This document shows, piece after piece, positions 40,956 to 50,539 of a stretch of 64,000 nt of DNA (positions are counted from its first letter, which is position 1; each line of letters begins with the position of its first letter). The position numbers were made by a program, and so were the translations under genes. Origin of the DNA: Candidatus Woesebacteria bacterium. Lineage in GTDB: Bacteria; Patescibacteriota; Microgenomatia; UBA8517. Below the pieces are notes generated by a model, which worked only from the letters and a program-made list of their open reading frames with translations, was not told the origin of the DNA and made no database searches. Location of the stretch: the NCBI GenBank assembly GCA_016432365.1, contig CP066686.1, positions 273,771-337,770 on the forward strand, given 5' to 3'.

Positions 40956-41691
40956 AACTCCGGAAGAAATTCAAATTATGGCCGAGGGGGGTAAAAAACT
41001 TGCTCGAGTAAAGAATGCCCTCAAAGAGGCTGTCAAAGCCGGGGTGCGCGCTTCAGATATCGAAAAACTTGCAATGGACTTGATCCACGCGGAAGGGGCT
41101 GAAGCCTCTTTTGCCAAGGTGCCTGGTTACTCCTGGGCCACTTGCATTAATGTTAACGAAGGCCTGGTTCACGGAATTCCGAGCCGGGACATGATTTTTA
41201 AGGACGGAGACCTTGTTAGCGTAGATGTTGGAGTCTATTTTAAAGGCTTCCACACGGACACCTCCACTTCTGTCGGAATAAATTTGAGCCCGGAAAATAA
41301 GAAATTTCTCAATATCGGCCAAAATGCCCTAGAAAAGGCAATCTCGAAGGTAAAGGTTGGTAACTATATTTATGATATCAGCCAGGCCATAGAGACGACT
41401 ATAGAGGCTGCAGGGTACACTACAATAAAGGCACTGGTAGGACACGGGGTGGGCCATGAACTTCACGAGGATCCCCAGATTCCCTGTTTTGTACCCGGTA
41501 AAGTTAGCGACAGCCCTGTTATAAAAGAAGGAATGGTCTTGGCGGTTGAGGTAATGTATGCTCAGGGGAAGGATAAAGTGGAGATTTTAGAAGACGGGTG
41601 GACAATAGCCATGACTGATGGTAAAATAGCAGGACTTTTTGAAGAGACCGTTGCGGTGACCGGGAAAGGAGCATTAGTTCTCACTCGATGA
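40939..41691 (+). CDS. map: Methionine aminopeptidase type I
   Basis: CINVNEGLVHGIP, DVG...GFHTD, GHGVG.ELHEDP. Confidence 0.97.
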   Translation: MAIKIKTPEEIQIMAEGGKKLARVKNALKEAVKAGVRASDIEKLAMDLIHAEGAEASFAKVPGYSWATCINVNEGLVHGIPSRDMIFKDGDLVSVDVGVYFKGFHTDTSTSVGINLSPENKKFLNIGQNALEKAISKVKVGNYIYDISQAIETTIEAAGYTTIKALVGHGVGHELHEDPQIPCFVPGKVSDSPVIKEGMVLAVEVMYAQGKDKVEILEDGWTIAMTDGKIAGLFEETVAVTGKGALVLTR

Positions 41692-41903
41692 AAAACCAAA
41701 GTACAGTTGAAGTTGATGGGGCCGTTTTGCAAGCATTGCCCAATACGATGTTCCGGGTACAGCTTACAGATGGCAGACTCATCCTGGTAACTTTGAAGGG
41801 GAAAATGAGGAGGGCTTATGTTAGAATATTCCCCGGCGATAGAGTGAAGGTGGAAATGACGCCGTACGACGAGAACAGGGGAAGGATAATATACAAATAT
41901 TAA
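41688..41903 (+). CDS. infA: Translation initiation factor IF-1
   Basis: ALPNTMFRV, GKMR, PGDRVKVEMTPYD..RGRI. Confidence 0.98.
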   Translation: MKNQSTVEVDGAVLQALPNTMFRVQLTDGRLILVTLKGKMRRAYVRIFPGDRVKVEMTPYDENRGRIIYKY

Positions 41904-41961
41904 AAATCAAAAATAAAAAAGTAAAAATATTTTTGATATTTGATATTTAATTTTTAATATT
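41896..41961. repeat. Inverted heptamer array between infA and rpmJ
   Basis: aatattaaaaatcaaaaat... / ...atatttaatttttaatatt. Confidence 0.75.
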
Positions 41962-41964
41962 ACG

Positions 41965-42078
41965 ATGAAGGTTATTAGTTCGATTAAAGCACGATGTAAA
42001 GATTGTAAGATTGTTAAGCGCCACGGGGTGCTTTACATCGTTTGTAAAAACCCGAGGCACAAACAACGCCAGGGATAG
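41965..42078 (+). CDS. rpmJ: 50S ribosomal protein L36 (not in the ORF track)
   Basis: Manual translation [37 protein letters not shown]. Confidence 0.97.
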   Translation: MKVISSIKARCKDCKIVKRHGVLYIVCKNPRHKQRQG

Positions 42079-42150
42079 TAACTAGAAATTAGAAACTAGA
42101 CACTAGTTAAAAACTAGCTTCTAGCTTCTAGCATCTAATAGCTAGAATTT
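42079..42150. repeat. CTAG-core heptamer array between rpmJ and rpsM
   Basis: ctagaaa ttagaaa ctagaca ctagtta ... ctagctt ctagctt ctagcat ctaatag ctagaat. Confidence 0.85.
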
Positions 42151-42564
42151 ATGGCTAGAATTGCAGGAATTGAATTACAAGATAATTGGAAAGTTGATTA
42201 CGCTCTGACGAAGATCAAAGGGTTGGGGTGGTCGTTGTCAAAGAAAATAATGGAGACTGCCGGGATTGATCCTAAAAAGAGAATTTCCGAACTTTCTGCT
42301 GATGAGGTCACAAAGATATCTACCGAACTTGAAAAATATTCGATAGAGGGAGACCTTTTCAGAATGGTTAGGGGAAACATTCAAAGGTTACAGGTTATTG
42401 GTTCTTACCGTGGGACCAGGCATACAAAAAATCTTCCCGTAAGAGGACAGAGAACTAAGACAAATGCCCGCACAAAGCGCGGTAAGCGAAAGACAGTCGG
42501 AGCTTTCAAAAAAGAAATGTTAAGCAAGATGACAGCCGGTAAGACTGAGGAGGCTAAAAAATAA
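42151..42564 (+). CDS. rpsM: 30S ribosomal protein S13
   Basis: MARIAGI, GSYRG.RH..NLPVRGQRTKTNART. Confidence 0.98.
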   Translation: MARIAGIELQDNWKVDYALTKIKGLGWSLSKKIMETAGIDPKKRISELSADEVTKISTELEKYSIEGDLFRMVRGNIQRLQVIGSYRGTRHTKNLPVRGQRTKTNARTKRGKRKTVGAFKKEMLSKMTAGKTEEAKK

Positions 42565-42569
42565 ATTGA

Positions 42570-42977
42570 ATGGCGACAAAAATAAAAGCTAAAACAAAGG
42601 CAAAAGGAAAAAATGCGGTCTCAAGTGAGGCTCAACTGGGCAAGATATTTATATCTGCCTCGTTTAATAATACCCTGGTGACTGTGACCAATGCCCGAGG
42701 AGAAACTTTAGCTTGGGGTTCATCGGGTGCATCTGGTTTTAAAGGAACCAGGAAATCAACACCTTATGCCGCAACGACTGCTGTTGAAAAAGTACTCGGT
42801 AAAGCCAAAAACGAACACGGAGTTGATGAAGTCGAGGTTTATGTTAAAGGTCCGGGGCCGGGACGCGATGCCGCTCTTCGCGCAATTCGTGCCACGGGGG
42901 TTAAAATATCTTTAATTGCAGACGTTACACCGGTTCCGCACAACGGACCAAGACCGAAGAAGAAGCGCAGAGTATAA
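42570..42977 (+). CDS. rpsK: 30S ribosomal protein S11
   Basis: SFNNT, KSTPYAA, DVTPVPHNG. Confidence 0.98.
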   Translation: MATKIKAKTKAKGKNAVSSEAQLGKIFISASFNNTLVTVTNARGETLAWGSSGASGFKGTRKSTPYAATTAVEKVLGKAKNEHGVDEVEVYVKGPGPGRDAALRAIRATGVKISLIADVTPVPHNGPRPKKKRRV

Positions 42978-42989
42978 AAACTAAATAAA

Positions 42990-43589
42990 ATGGCAAGATA
43001 TACAGGACCAAAAGACAGATTATCAAGACGCGAAAACTTTGATATTTTTAGTGCCGGTACAAAACTTACCAGGCTCAACGTGGTTCCGGGTGTTCATGGG
43101 GCTAAAGGAACTCGAGGATCCTCTCAGTTTGGCAGGCAGCTTAGAGAAAAACAAAAAGTCAAAAGGATTTACGGACTAATGGAGGCTCAGTTCAGAAGAT
43201 ACGTCGACGAGGCATCTAAGACCAGGGGAAATACAGGTGAAGCTCTTTTGGTTAGCCTTGAAGAACGTTTAGACAATGTGGTATTCAGACTTGGATTTGC
43301 CCCGAGCCGCCCTGCAGCCAGACAGCTTGTGTCTCATAGGCACGTTTTAGTCAATGGTAAAAAATTGAACATTCCTTCTTATAAAGTCAGAGTTGGAGAA
43401 ACCATCGGAATTGATGCCAAGGCTATTGCTATTCCCGAAGTCAAGCGAAGCCTAGACAAAGAAGATTTTACACCGCCAGCTTGGCTTGAAAGAAAAGCAG
43501 CTATCGGCAAAATGGCCAAAGCGCCTGTCAGAGCAGATATAGTGGAAGCTATTAGCGAACAGGATATAGTTGAGTTCTACTCGCGTTAG
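42990..43589 (+). CDS. rpsD: 30S ribosomal protein S4
   Basis: MARYTGP, QLREKQK, LEERLDNVVFRLG, IVEFYSR. Confidence 0.98.
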   Translation: MARYTGPKDRLSRRENFDIFSAGTKLTRLNVVPGVHGAKGTRGSSQFGRQLREKQKVKRIYGLMEAQFRRYVDEASKTRGNTGEALLVSLEERLDNVVFRLGFAPSRPAARQLVSHRHVLVNGKKLNIPSYKVRVGETIGIDAKAIAIPEVKRSLDKEDFTPPAWLERKAAIGKMAKAPVRADIVEAISEQDIVEFYSR

Positions 43590-43736
43590 ACGCGAGGTTT
43601 GAGGCCAGGCCGAAAACACAGCCACCTTATTGCCAAAGTTTCTCATAGATACTTTGGCAAGCGAGAAGAAAGCGGGCGTTCTCTATCCTTGTTGAAAAAG
43701 TTCCGTAGGTACTTTTTCAAGCAATAGAAGTCATGC

Positions 43737-43765
43737 TTGATTCCTGTTTGATCCTGGGTTATAAT
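43737..43765 (+). promoter_or_regulatory. Internal rpoA promoter
   Basis: TTGATT-N17-TATAAT. Confidence 0.7.
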
Positions 43766-43806
43766 ACTCCCTAGTCTCTGATTGGGGACTATATTTTGAA
43801 AGAAAA

Positions 43807-44724
43807 ATGAACGAACCAATGTTTGAAATTAAAGAAGAAGAAAAGAGTGCGGGTTATGGAAAATTCGTAATCACCCCCTTGGAGAGAGGCTATGGCTTGA
43901 CCGTAGGGAACTCTCTTCGCCGCGTTCTTTTGACTTCTCTTTCCGGAATTGCCGCAACTTCAGTCAAGATCGCTGGTGTTAAACATCAGTTTTCCACACT
44001 CCAGGGAATGAAAGAAGATATTGTCGAATTTGTACTTAATCTCAAGAAGGTCAGGTTTTCAGGAGACTTGGACAAACCCGTTAAAGCCACTTTAGAAGTG
44101 TCCAAAAGTGGTGAATTTACAGCAAAAGAAATCAAAGTCGGGTCAGGAATAACCATAGCCAATCCGGATCAGATATTAGGTACTCTTAACAAGGGATCTA
44201 AAATTCAGGCTGATATAACGATCGAAAAAGGGGTAGGATATTCGCTTGCTGATGAGCGCCCTTCAGAGACAATCGGCATGATCCCGGTTGATGCTTCTTT
44301 CTCTCCTGTCAAGCGTGTTAGTTATAAAATTGAAGAAACCCGTGTTGGACGTCTTACAAATTACGATAAACTTATTTTAGAAATTTGGACTGACGGAACA
44401 ATGGATCCTGAAGTCGCCTTGACCGAATCTGCCAAGATCCTGCTTTCATACTTTGGTCAGATTCTTAACCCTAAAAAGGTTGAAAAGGCAGAGATCGAAA
44501 AGAAGGATGATTTGGGCTTGGTTGGCAAACTCTCCGTAGAGGAAATCGGTCTTCCTACAAGAGTGGCAAATGCTCTTATAAAAGCAGGGTTTGAAACAGT
44601 TGAAGAACTCGCCTATGCCAAAAAAGAAGATCTTGTAAATGTCAGGAACTTGGGTGAAAAGTCCCTCAAAATAATTGCAGCCGCACTCGGAACCAAGGGA
44701 GTCGAGTTTCTCGCAATCAAGTAA
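43807..44724 (+). CDS. rpoA: RNA polymerase alpha subunit
   Basis: PLERGYGLTVGNSLRRVLL, DASFSPV, CTD RNLGEKSL. Confidence 0.98.
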   Translation: MNEPMFEIKEEEKSAGYGKFVITPLERGYGLTVGNSLRRVLLTSLSGIAATSVKIAGVKHQFSTLQGMKEDIVEFVLNLKKVRFSGDLDKPVKATLEVSKSGEFTAKEIKVGSGITIANPDQILGTLNKGSKIQADITIEKGVGYSLADERPSETIGMIPVDASFSPVKRVSYKIEETRVGRLTNYDKLILEIWTDGTMDPEVALTESAKILLSYFGQILNPKKVEKAEIEKKDDLGLVGKLSVEEIGLPTRVANALIKAGFETVEELAYAKKEDLVNVRNLGEKSLKIIAAALGTKGVEFLAIK

Positions 44725-44730
44725 CACAAT

Positions 44731-45189
44731 ATGAACAAAAAGGTGTTCGGAAGAAAGCTTTCCCGAAGTAGGCCAGCTCGTGAAGCATTGTTTGCTTCCC
44801 TTGCGCGGGCCATGATGTTGAGTGGAAAAATAGTGACTACCAGAGCAAAAGCGAAGGCGGTTCAACCTGATTTGGAAAAATTTGTTACACTGGCAAAAAG
44901 GGGTGATCTTTCAGGAAGGCGCAGGATTTTGGCAAGTTTGGATAATTCCAAAGATGCTTTGGAAGCATTGTATAAAAAAATAGTACCGGTTTTTTCGGCA
45001 AGGACATCCGGGTTTACAAGAATAATTTCTCTTCCAAGACGTAAAGGGGATAATGCGCAAGTGGTTAGAATGGAATGGACAGAGACTATAATTAAAAATG
45101 AAGAATTAAAAATTAAGAATAAAAAAGCGCCAAAAAAAGAGGAAAAAGTTAAAAAGACAGTAAAAGGAAAGGGAAAAATTGAAAAATGA
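44731..45189 (+). CDS. rplQ: 50S ribosomal protein L17
   Basis: GRKLSR, TTRAKAK, GFTRII..RKGDNA. Confidence 0.97.
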   Translation: MNKKVFGRKLSRSRPAREALFASLARAMMLSGKIVTTRAKAKAVQPDLEKFVTLAKRGDLSGRRRILASLDNSKDALEALYKKIVPVFSARTSGFTRIISLPRRKGDNAQVVRMEWTETIIKNEELKIKNKKAPKKEEKVKKTVKGKGKIEK

Positions 45190-45578
45190 AAACATATCAA
45201 CCCATAAAAAAAGAAGTAAAAAGAGATACGCGCACGATTGATGCCGGTGGGCGCGTTTTGGGTAGAGTAGCAACCGAAATTGCTACAGGACTCATGGGTA
45301 AAGATAAAGTTACATATAGCCGTCATATGGACTCAGGAGACAAGGTGATTGTAACAAATGCAGATAAAGTGGTTATAACAGGCAGAAAGGCCCAGCAAAA
45401 GGTTTATCAAAGCCACTCAGGTTACCCGGGCGGTTTCAAAGAGGTAAAATACGAAAGAATGATGGAAGTTCATCCTGAGCGCGTGCTTGAGCACGCTGTC
45501 GAAGGGATGCTCCCCGACAATAAGTTGAAAGCACAAAGGATGAAGAGGCTTACAGTAGTAACAGGAGATAAAAAATAA
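45186..45578 (+). CDS. rplM: 50S ribosomal protein L13
   Basis: IDAGGRVLGR, GDKVIVTNA, HSGYPGG. Confidence 0.98.
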   Translation: MKTYQPIKKEVKRDTRTIDAGGRVLGRVATEIATGLMGKDKVTYSRHMDSGDKVIVTNADKVVITGRKAQQKVYQSHSGYPGGFKEVKYERMMEVHPERVLEHAVEGMLPDNKLKAQRMKRLTVVTGDKK

Positions 45579-45579
45579 A

Positions 45580-45990
45580 ATGGCAAAAACTAAAAAAATT
45601 GATTATTTGTACGGAGTGGGAAGAAGAAAGACTTCTCAGGCGAGAGTCAGAGTTTACCATGGAAAAGGTGAAAATACTGTTAACGGAAAACCAACAAATA
45701 AATATTTTGAGGGAGACGTACAGACAAAGGCATTAGCAAAGCCTTTTGGGGCAACCGAAACTTCCGATAAATATTATTACTCCGGCCGTGTTACGGGTGG
45801 TGGTAAAGAAGGTCAACTTTCAGCCCTTGTACTTGCTCTCTCCCGCGCTTTACTTAAAATTGCTCCCGAAAAGAACAGAGTAGTTCTTAGAAAACTCAAA
45901 TTGTTAACCCGCGACTCTCGTGTCCGCCAACGCAGAATGGTTGGAATGGGTGGTAAAAGCAGGAGGAAAAGACAGTCCCCTAAGCGTTAA
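45580..45990 (+). CDS. rpsI: 30S ribosomal protein S9
   Basis: GRRKTS.ARV, GGGKEGQ, LTRD.R. Confidence 0.97.
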   Translation: MAKTKKIDYLYGVGRRKTSQARVRVYHGKGENTVNGKPTNKYFEGDVQTKALAKPFGATETSDKYYYSGRVTGGGKEGQLSALVLALSRALLKIAPEKNRVVLRKLKLLTRDSRVRQRRMVGMGGKSRRKRQSPKR

Positions 45991-46024
45991 AGTACGGCAA
46001 CTTCTTTGTTATACTGTTTTAAGC

Positions 46025-47086
46025 ATGGAAAAAACCAGTAGTTTAAAGTTGAAAGAAGCGTGCGTCATTGGAAGTATATACTACAACGATTATCAAACCG
46101 AAGGTTCTATAGGAAATGTCAGGGGAAAAGCGGCCATTAATTCGCTTATAAACATTCTGGAAAAAGGTTGTAAAGTTGCAATTATTATTGCCAAAGAGAC
46201 AGATCCAAAGTTTGTAGACGATTTAAAGGAGAAATTGTCGATTTTGGGTAATAAAAGTGAAAACATTGTTTGGAATTTTGAAAGAGAGAGCGGTTATAGT
46301 GAGGCAAGAAGAGAAGCGATTTCACTTGCAAGGTCAAAATATACTGAACCTCCCCCAAGAGTCTTCATAATGCAAGAAATTGAGAAAAACCTTTCGGAAA
46401 ATTATGAAGATTTTTTGAATACTTTGTCAAAAGATCGGGTATTGGTAATGATGGATAGAGGAATAAATATTTCCAACAATCAAGATTTATGGCCGGAACC
46501 GGATCATTCGGACGTCAATTTACCCAAGGACCAACTTTGGGGAGAGAGAAGTCAAAATATTAAAATGGCACGCCAGGAAGAAGTTTTTGGTTTGACCGAC
46601 AAAACGAAGGGTAATCATCTTTGGGACAGACTAAATGGAGTCAGAATTATAAGAAATGAATTAATGAAGACCGGAAATGTGGAGATAAATCCAAGTGACT
46701 TAATACTTTTAAAATACGAATATTCTGACGGATATACCGAAGAAGACAGGAGATTTAAAATGGATGGTTACTCAGCCAGTGTTTACAATCCAATTCCAAT
46801 TTTGGAAGCTTTGGGGGCGGAGAATCAAATGGCCCAAGTATCAGTAAATTATTTACACCCTGAAGAACAAAGGCAGCAGGAAGAAAATGACCCCAATTTT
46901 AGAGAAAAAAGATTAAGACAAAAAACCGATCTTCCGGCAAATAATTTTGAAATTGTGGCAAATATTAAAAAGTGGCAAAAAGAAGGTAGGTGGCCACAGG
47001 TTTTACTCGAAGCATTAAAGGGGGATAAAGTACTACATATAGTTCATCTTAAGGAAGACGAATACTTCTACGGATATAGCAACTAA
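46025..47086 (+). CDS. Hypothetical protein, possibly a divergent GT-A-fold (nucleotide-sugar transferase-like) protein
   Basis: ATG 46025 follows TATACT; CKVAIII...GYSEARREAI...FIMQEIEK weakly recalls GT2-like proteins. Confidence 0.6.
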   Translation: MEKTSSLKLKEACVIGSIYYNDYQTEGSIGNVRGKAAINSLINILEKGCKVAIIIAKETDPKFVDDLKEKLSILGNKSENIVWNFERESGYSEARREAISLARSKYTEPPPRVFIMQEIEKNLSENYEDFLNTLSKDRVLVMMDRGINISNNQDLWPEPDHSDVNLPKDQLWGERSQNIKMARQEEVFGLTDKTKGNHLWDRLNGVRIIRNELMKTGNVEINPSDLILLKYEYSDGYTEEDRRFKMDGYSASVYNPIPILEALGAENQMAQVSVNYLHPEEQRQQEENDPNFREKRLRQKTDLPANNFEIVANIKKWQKEGRWPQVLLEALKGDKVLHIVHLKEDEYFYGYSN

Positions 47087-47128
47087 GTTAATCCTGCAAA
47101 ATAATTGTTTTTATGATATTAATTAACA

Positions 47129-47641
47129 ATGGAGATCGGATTGATAAGCTCTTCAGATATGATGGACCTCCCCGACTACTGGGAGAAAAGACGTGAACTA
47201 TACATCAAGATATCGGACAACTCTAAATTTCAGGAAAATATGAAGAATAATAAAGAAAAGTGGACTCAAGAATTACTGAAAAGATACCCAAACCTTACAT
47301 CTAGTAAAGACAGTTTAGAAGAATCGATAAGAAGTGTAACCTTTATCGACTATTTGGTAAGAAACGAACTTCATACGGCAGATGCTCCATTTTTGCAACC
47401 TCGAGATGCAAATTCAAGTGACCCGATGCAAAAAACAGGGATTGAAGATTTGGTTGAAAAGTTCGTAAATGGTGACTTTGCCGCTGCAAGTGAGCAAGTT
47501 CAAAATGGCATTGAACTTATTGATAACAGCGCATTTTCTGTTGGACACAATATTCATATGGGTTTATTGGCACTTCACATTCTCCGAGAGGAGGCTGTGG
47601 GACTTCGCGGACATTTAAAAGCTTTAGAAAAGTCTAAATAA
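47129..47641 (+). CDS. Hypothetical protein (helical)
   Basis: 170 aa ORF filling the gap; no motif recognised. Confidence 0.65.
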   Translation: MEIGLISSSDMMDLPDYWEKRRELYIKISDNSKFQENMKNNKEKWTQELLKRYPNLTSSKDSLEESIRSVTFIDYLVRNELHTADAPFLQPRDANSSDPMQKTGIEDLVEKFVNGDFAAASEQVQNGIELIDNSAFSVGHNIHMGLLALHILREEAVGLRGHLKALEKSK

Positions 47642-47691
47642 TTTCTTTCTGGGCACCGTGATGACCTTAAAATATTTGGTATACTTCAGAC

Positions 47692-48135
47692 ATGTCAGGT
47701 GAAAGGTTTACATTAAGAGTGGCGGTCTATCTTGTTTTGATTAAGAATGGTAAAACACTTCTTTCCAGGAGATTTAACACCGGCTGGATGGATGGAAAAT
47801 ATAGTTTAATAGCTGGCCACATTGACGGGAAAGAGTCGGTTTTTGGTGCTATGATCCGCGAAGCATTCGAGGAGGCGGGGATAAAAGTTTTAAAAAGCGA
47901 CGTGAAACCGTTGAAAGTGCTTCATAGAATGTCCGATGATGGTATGGAATATATGGACTTCTTTTTTATTGCCGAAAGATGGGAAAGGGAGCCAATAATT
48001 AAGGAACCAGATAAATGTGACGATATGGGTTGGTTTCCGGTTAACAATCTGCCTGACAATACTTTGCCGTACGTTAGATATGTGATTGAAAATTTCGAGG
48101 ATGGAGTTTCTTTCGTAGAATTTGGCTGGGATTAG
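47692..48135 (+). CDS. NUDIX hydrolase
   Basis: Nudix box GHIDGKES...AMIREAFEEAGI; EPDKC...WF. Confidence 0.93.
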   Translation: MSGERFTLRVAVYLVLIKNGKTLLSRRFNTGWMDGKYSLIAGHIDGKESVFGAMIREAFEEAGIKVLKSDVKPLKVLHRMSDDGMEYMDFFFIAERWEREPIIKEPDKCDDMGWFPVNNLPDNTLPYVRYVIENFEDGVSFVEFGWD

Positions 48136-48264
48136 TTATCCTCAAATTAATCTGTTAAAATACGCATGAGCGGTGTAGTTTTACCGGTAAGCTTCGATGG
48201 GTCCCCACCCATCTCAGGTGCTTCGCACCAAGCTTGGCCGCTAAACTCCACCCCTCGTATAACT

Positions 48265-48335
48265 CGGGGTGTAGTTTACCGGTAGAATGGGCGCATGGGG
48301 TGCGTCCGGACTGAGTTCAATTCTCAGCACCCCGA
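48265..48335 (+). tRNA. tRNA-Pro(GGG), CCA not encoded
   Basis: Acceptor CGGGGTG/CACCCCG, anticodon arm GGCGC-ATGGGGT-GCGTC, T arm CTGAG-TTCAATT-CTCAG. Confidence 0.95.
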
Positions 48336-48337
48336 CT

Positions 48338-49390
48338 ATGTTTGCAGACTCTTTCGGTTTTGAAAATTTGGTGGCTGGTAGCCATGTAGTTTTTAAGGAA
48401 AGAGCACTTCAACTTACCCAAGCGGAGCGTGAAGTCAAAATAGACAATGCACGAAAACTCTACGCGGGAGTAGAGGTTCTTCGGAGATTTAGAAACGAAG
48501 CGCTATCAGAACAGGGTTCAAATCGACAAAAGGTGTTATCTGAGGCACACAAGTTTTCAGAATATATGGCAGGGACAATTTTAGATCTGTCATTACCAGA
48601 AAAGCCAATTTCTTGCAGTCCTCAGGTTCTAAAAAATATTCAAGATGTTCAAGGGAGGCTTCAAAATAAAAATGCAAGTTCTTATCATTCTAACCCGCCT
48701 TCAACTGTCGTACACAATTTATTCAGAGCTACCGAAGACATGCTTGTCAGGATAGAAGAAAAAGCCGGATCCGTTGTCAGTCCAGATCATAAATTATCAG
48801 CCGACGAGCTAAAATATGTACTTGTCGAATTTCTTTCAGGGACAAATATGTTGCCGAGAGATGCTATTGGAAAGTTTTTTAACAAATCCTCAAAAATCGG
48901 TGGAATTTTAAGTGGGGGGAGTGTTTACCTGGAAATTGTCAAAAAGGTTGTAGAAAAGTATGGGAATGGTTTTACAATCAAGACATTTGTTATTGCTGTA
49001 GATAAAGAAAAAAAGGTGGTGGCTTATGAGCAGGGGTCGAATGATGACAAGGTCGCTGACGTAATCTTAACCGACGATATGATTGATAGAGGGGGGACAA
49101 TGACCACGGCGCTTCAAAATGCCGGCGGAACTTTTCAAAACGCTACAATCTATTCGGGTAATGGTCGTGAACTGCCCGGGGAATTTCAGAAAAGGCAAAC
49201 TCAAAAACGAATGGGTCATTTAACAATACTATTTCAGGATTATGCAGATCTATCTATGGCAGGTAAATATGTCGATGCAGATAGGATTTTTGAGCAGGCG
49301 AATTCTTATGCTAAAGATAACGGAGTAGAGCTTCAGCCTGGTTGGTATATAAGAAAGGCAAAGATTGACGAACTTCGCAAGAGAAAGTAA
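48338..49390 (+). CDS. Hypothetical protein with a C-terminal type I phosphoribosyltransferase-like motif
   Basis: VILTDDMIDRGGT (PRPP-binding loop) and GILSGG; real start ATG 48338 after the tRNA. Confidence 0.65.
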   Translation: MFADSFGFENLVAGSHVVFKERALQLTQAEREVKIDNARKLYAGVEVLRRFRNEALSEQGSNRQKVLSEAHKFSEYMAGTILDLSLPEKPISCSPQVLKNIQDVQGRLQNKNASSYHSNPPSTVVHNLFRATEDMLVRIEEKAGSVVSPDHKLSADELKYVLVEFLSGTNMLPRDAIGKFFNKSSKIGGILSGGSVYLEIVKKVVEKYGNGFTIKTFVIAVDKEKKVVAYEQGSNDDKVADVILTDDMIDRGGTMTTALQNAGGTFQNATIYSGNGRELPGEFQKRQTQKRMGHLTILFQDYADLSMAGKYVDADRIFEQANSYAKDNGVELQPGWYIRKAKIDELRKRK

Positions 49391-49446
49391 TGAGTTGAGT
49401 TTTCCTTCTTGCATTTTGTTTGGTGCCATAGTACAAATGTAGCGTA

Positions 49447-50532
49447 ATGGTGAAACACAAAAAACCCGAAACTGAGGCTCCAACTAAACAAGAAGGTGGC
49501 GCACAAAAATTGGCTGCAATCCGACTTGCGATGGACCAAATCGAAAAACAATACGGTAAGGGAAGTATAATGCGCCTCGGTGGAGACAGCGGTGAGAAAT
49601 TTAAGTTTGATGTAATTTCCACGGGCTCCATAGCGGTTGATTTGGCACTTGGAGTGGGTGGTTTCCCAAGAGGCCGAATTATAGAAATCTATGGCCCTGA
49701 AGCTTCGGGCAAAACCACATTGGCTCTTTCTGTTATTGCTGAAGCTCAAAAAATGGGCGGACAATGCGCTTTTGTAGACGCAGAACACGCCTTGGATCCT
49801 ACACGTGCGGAAATTTTGGGGGTGGATCTGGATAATCTTTTAATGTCCCAACCGGACACTGGTGAACAAGCTTTGGAAATCACGGAAACTTTAATTCGTT
49901 CAGGTGCGATAGATGTGGTTGTAGTTGATTCGGTTGCCGCACTTGTGCCGAGAGCGGAACTTGAAGGAGAAATGGGTGACAGTGTTATGGGAATGCAGGC
50001 CCGTTTAATGTCTCAAGCCTTGAGAAAACTTACCGGTGCAATTTCAAAATCAAAAACGGTTTTGATATTCACCAACCAACTTCGCCAAAAAATCGGTGTT
50101 ATGTTTGGCAACCCGGAAACAACCCCCGGAGGACTTGCGCTTAAATTCTATTCGTCAGTTCGCATAGATCTAAGAAGAATTGAAGTTCTTAAAGATGGGG
50201 AAAAAGTGATTGGTTCAAGACATCGTGCAAGGATAGTCAAAAATAAATGCGCCCCTCCCCTTAGGGTTGCCGAGTTTGACATAATGGAAACAGAGGGAAT
50301 AAGTAGATTTGGTGGAATTCTGGATGTGGGTCTTGAGTTGGGGCTAATCGGCAAAAACGGATCTTTCTTTAATTACGATGGCAAGCCAATAGCTCAAGGC
50401 AAAGAAGCGGCAAAATTGTACTTAAAAGATAACTCTAAAGTGGCTGACGAAATTGACAAAAAGATTCGCGACCTAGTTGCTTCCGGTAAACCTCTGCCAA
50501 AAGAAATTGGTGAAGAAAATAAAGAAGAATAA
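49447..50532 (+). CDS. recA: Recombinase A
   Basis: [37 protein letters not shown]. Confidence 0.99.
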   Translation: MVKHKKPETEAPTKQEGGAQKLAAIRLAMDQIEKQYGKGSIMRLGGDSGEKFKFDVISTGSIAVDLALGVGGFPRGRIIEIYGPEASGKTTLALSVIAEAQKMGGQCAFVDAEHALDPTRAEILGVDLDNLLMSQPDTGEQALEITETLIRSGAIDVVVVDSVAALVPRAELEGEMGDSVMGMQARLMSQALRKLTGAISKSKTVLIFTNQLRQKIGVMFGNPETTPGGLALKFYSSVRIDLRRIEVLKDGEKVIGSRHRARIVKNKCAPPLRVAEFDIMETEGISRFGGILDVGLELGLIGKNGSFFNYDGKPIAQGKEAAKLYLKDNSKVADEIDKKIRDLVASGKPLPKEIGEENKEE

Positions 50533-50539
50533 TTTTTAA

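Noticed and set aside
48170..48255. Second tRNA or split/intron-containing tRNA upstream of tRNA-Pro
   Set aside because: Only the first ~18 nt resemble the tRNA; there is no T-loop or anticodon arm, and the downstream tRNA is complete.
48287..48337. N-terminal extension of the 48287-49390 ORF
   Set aside because: It overlaps the tRNA-Pro gene; ATG 48338 is the plausible start.
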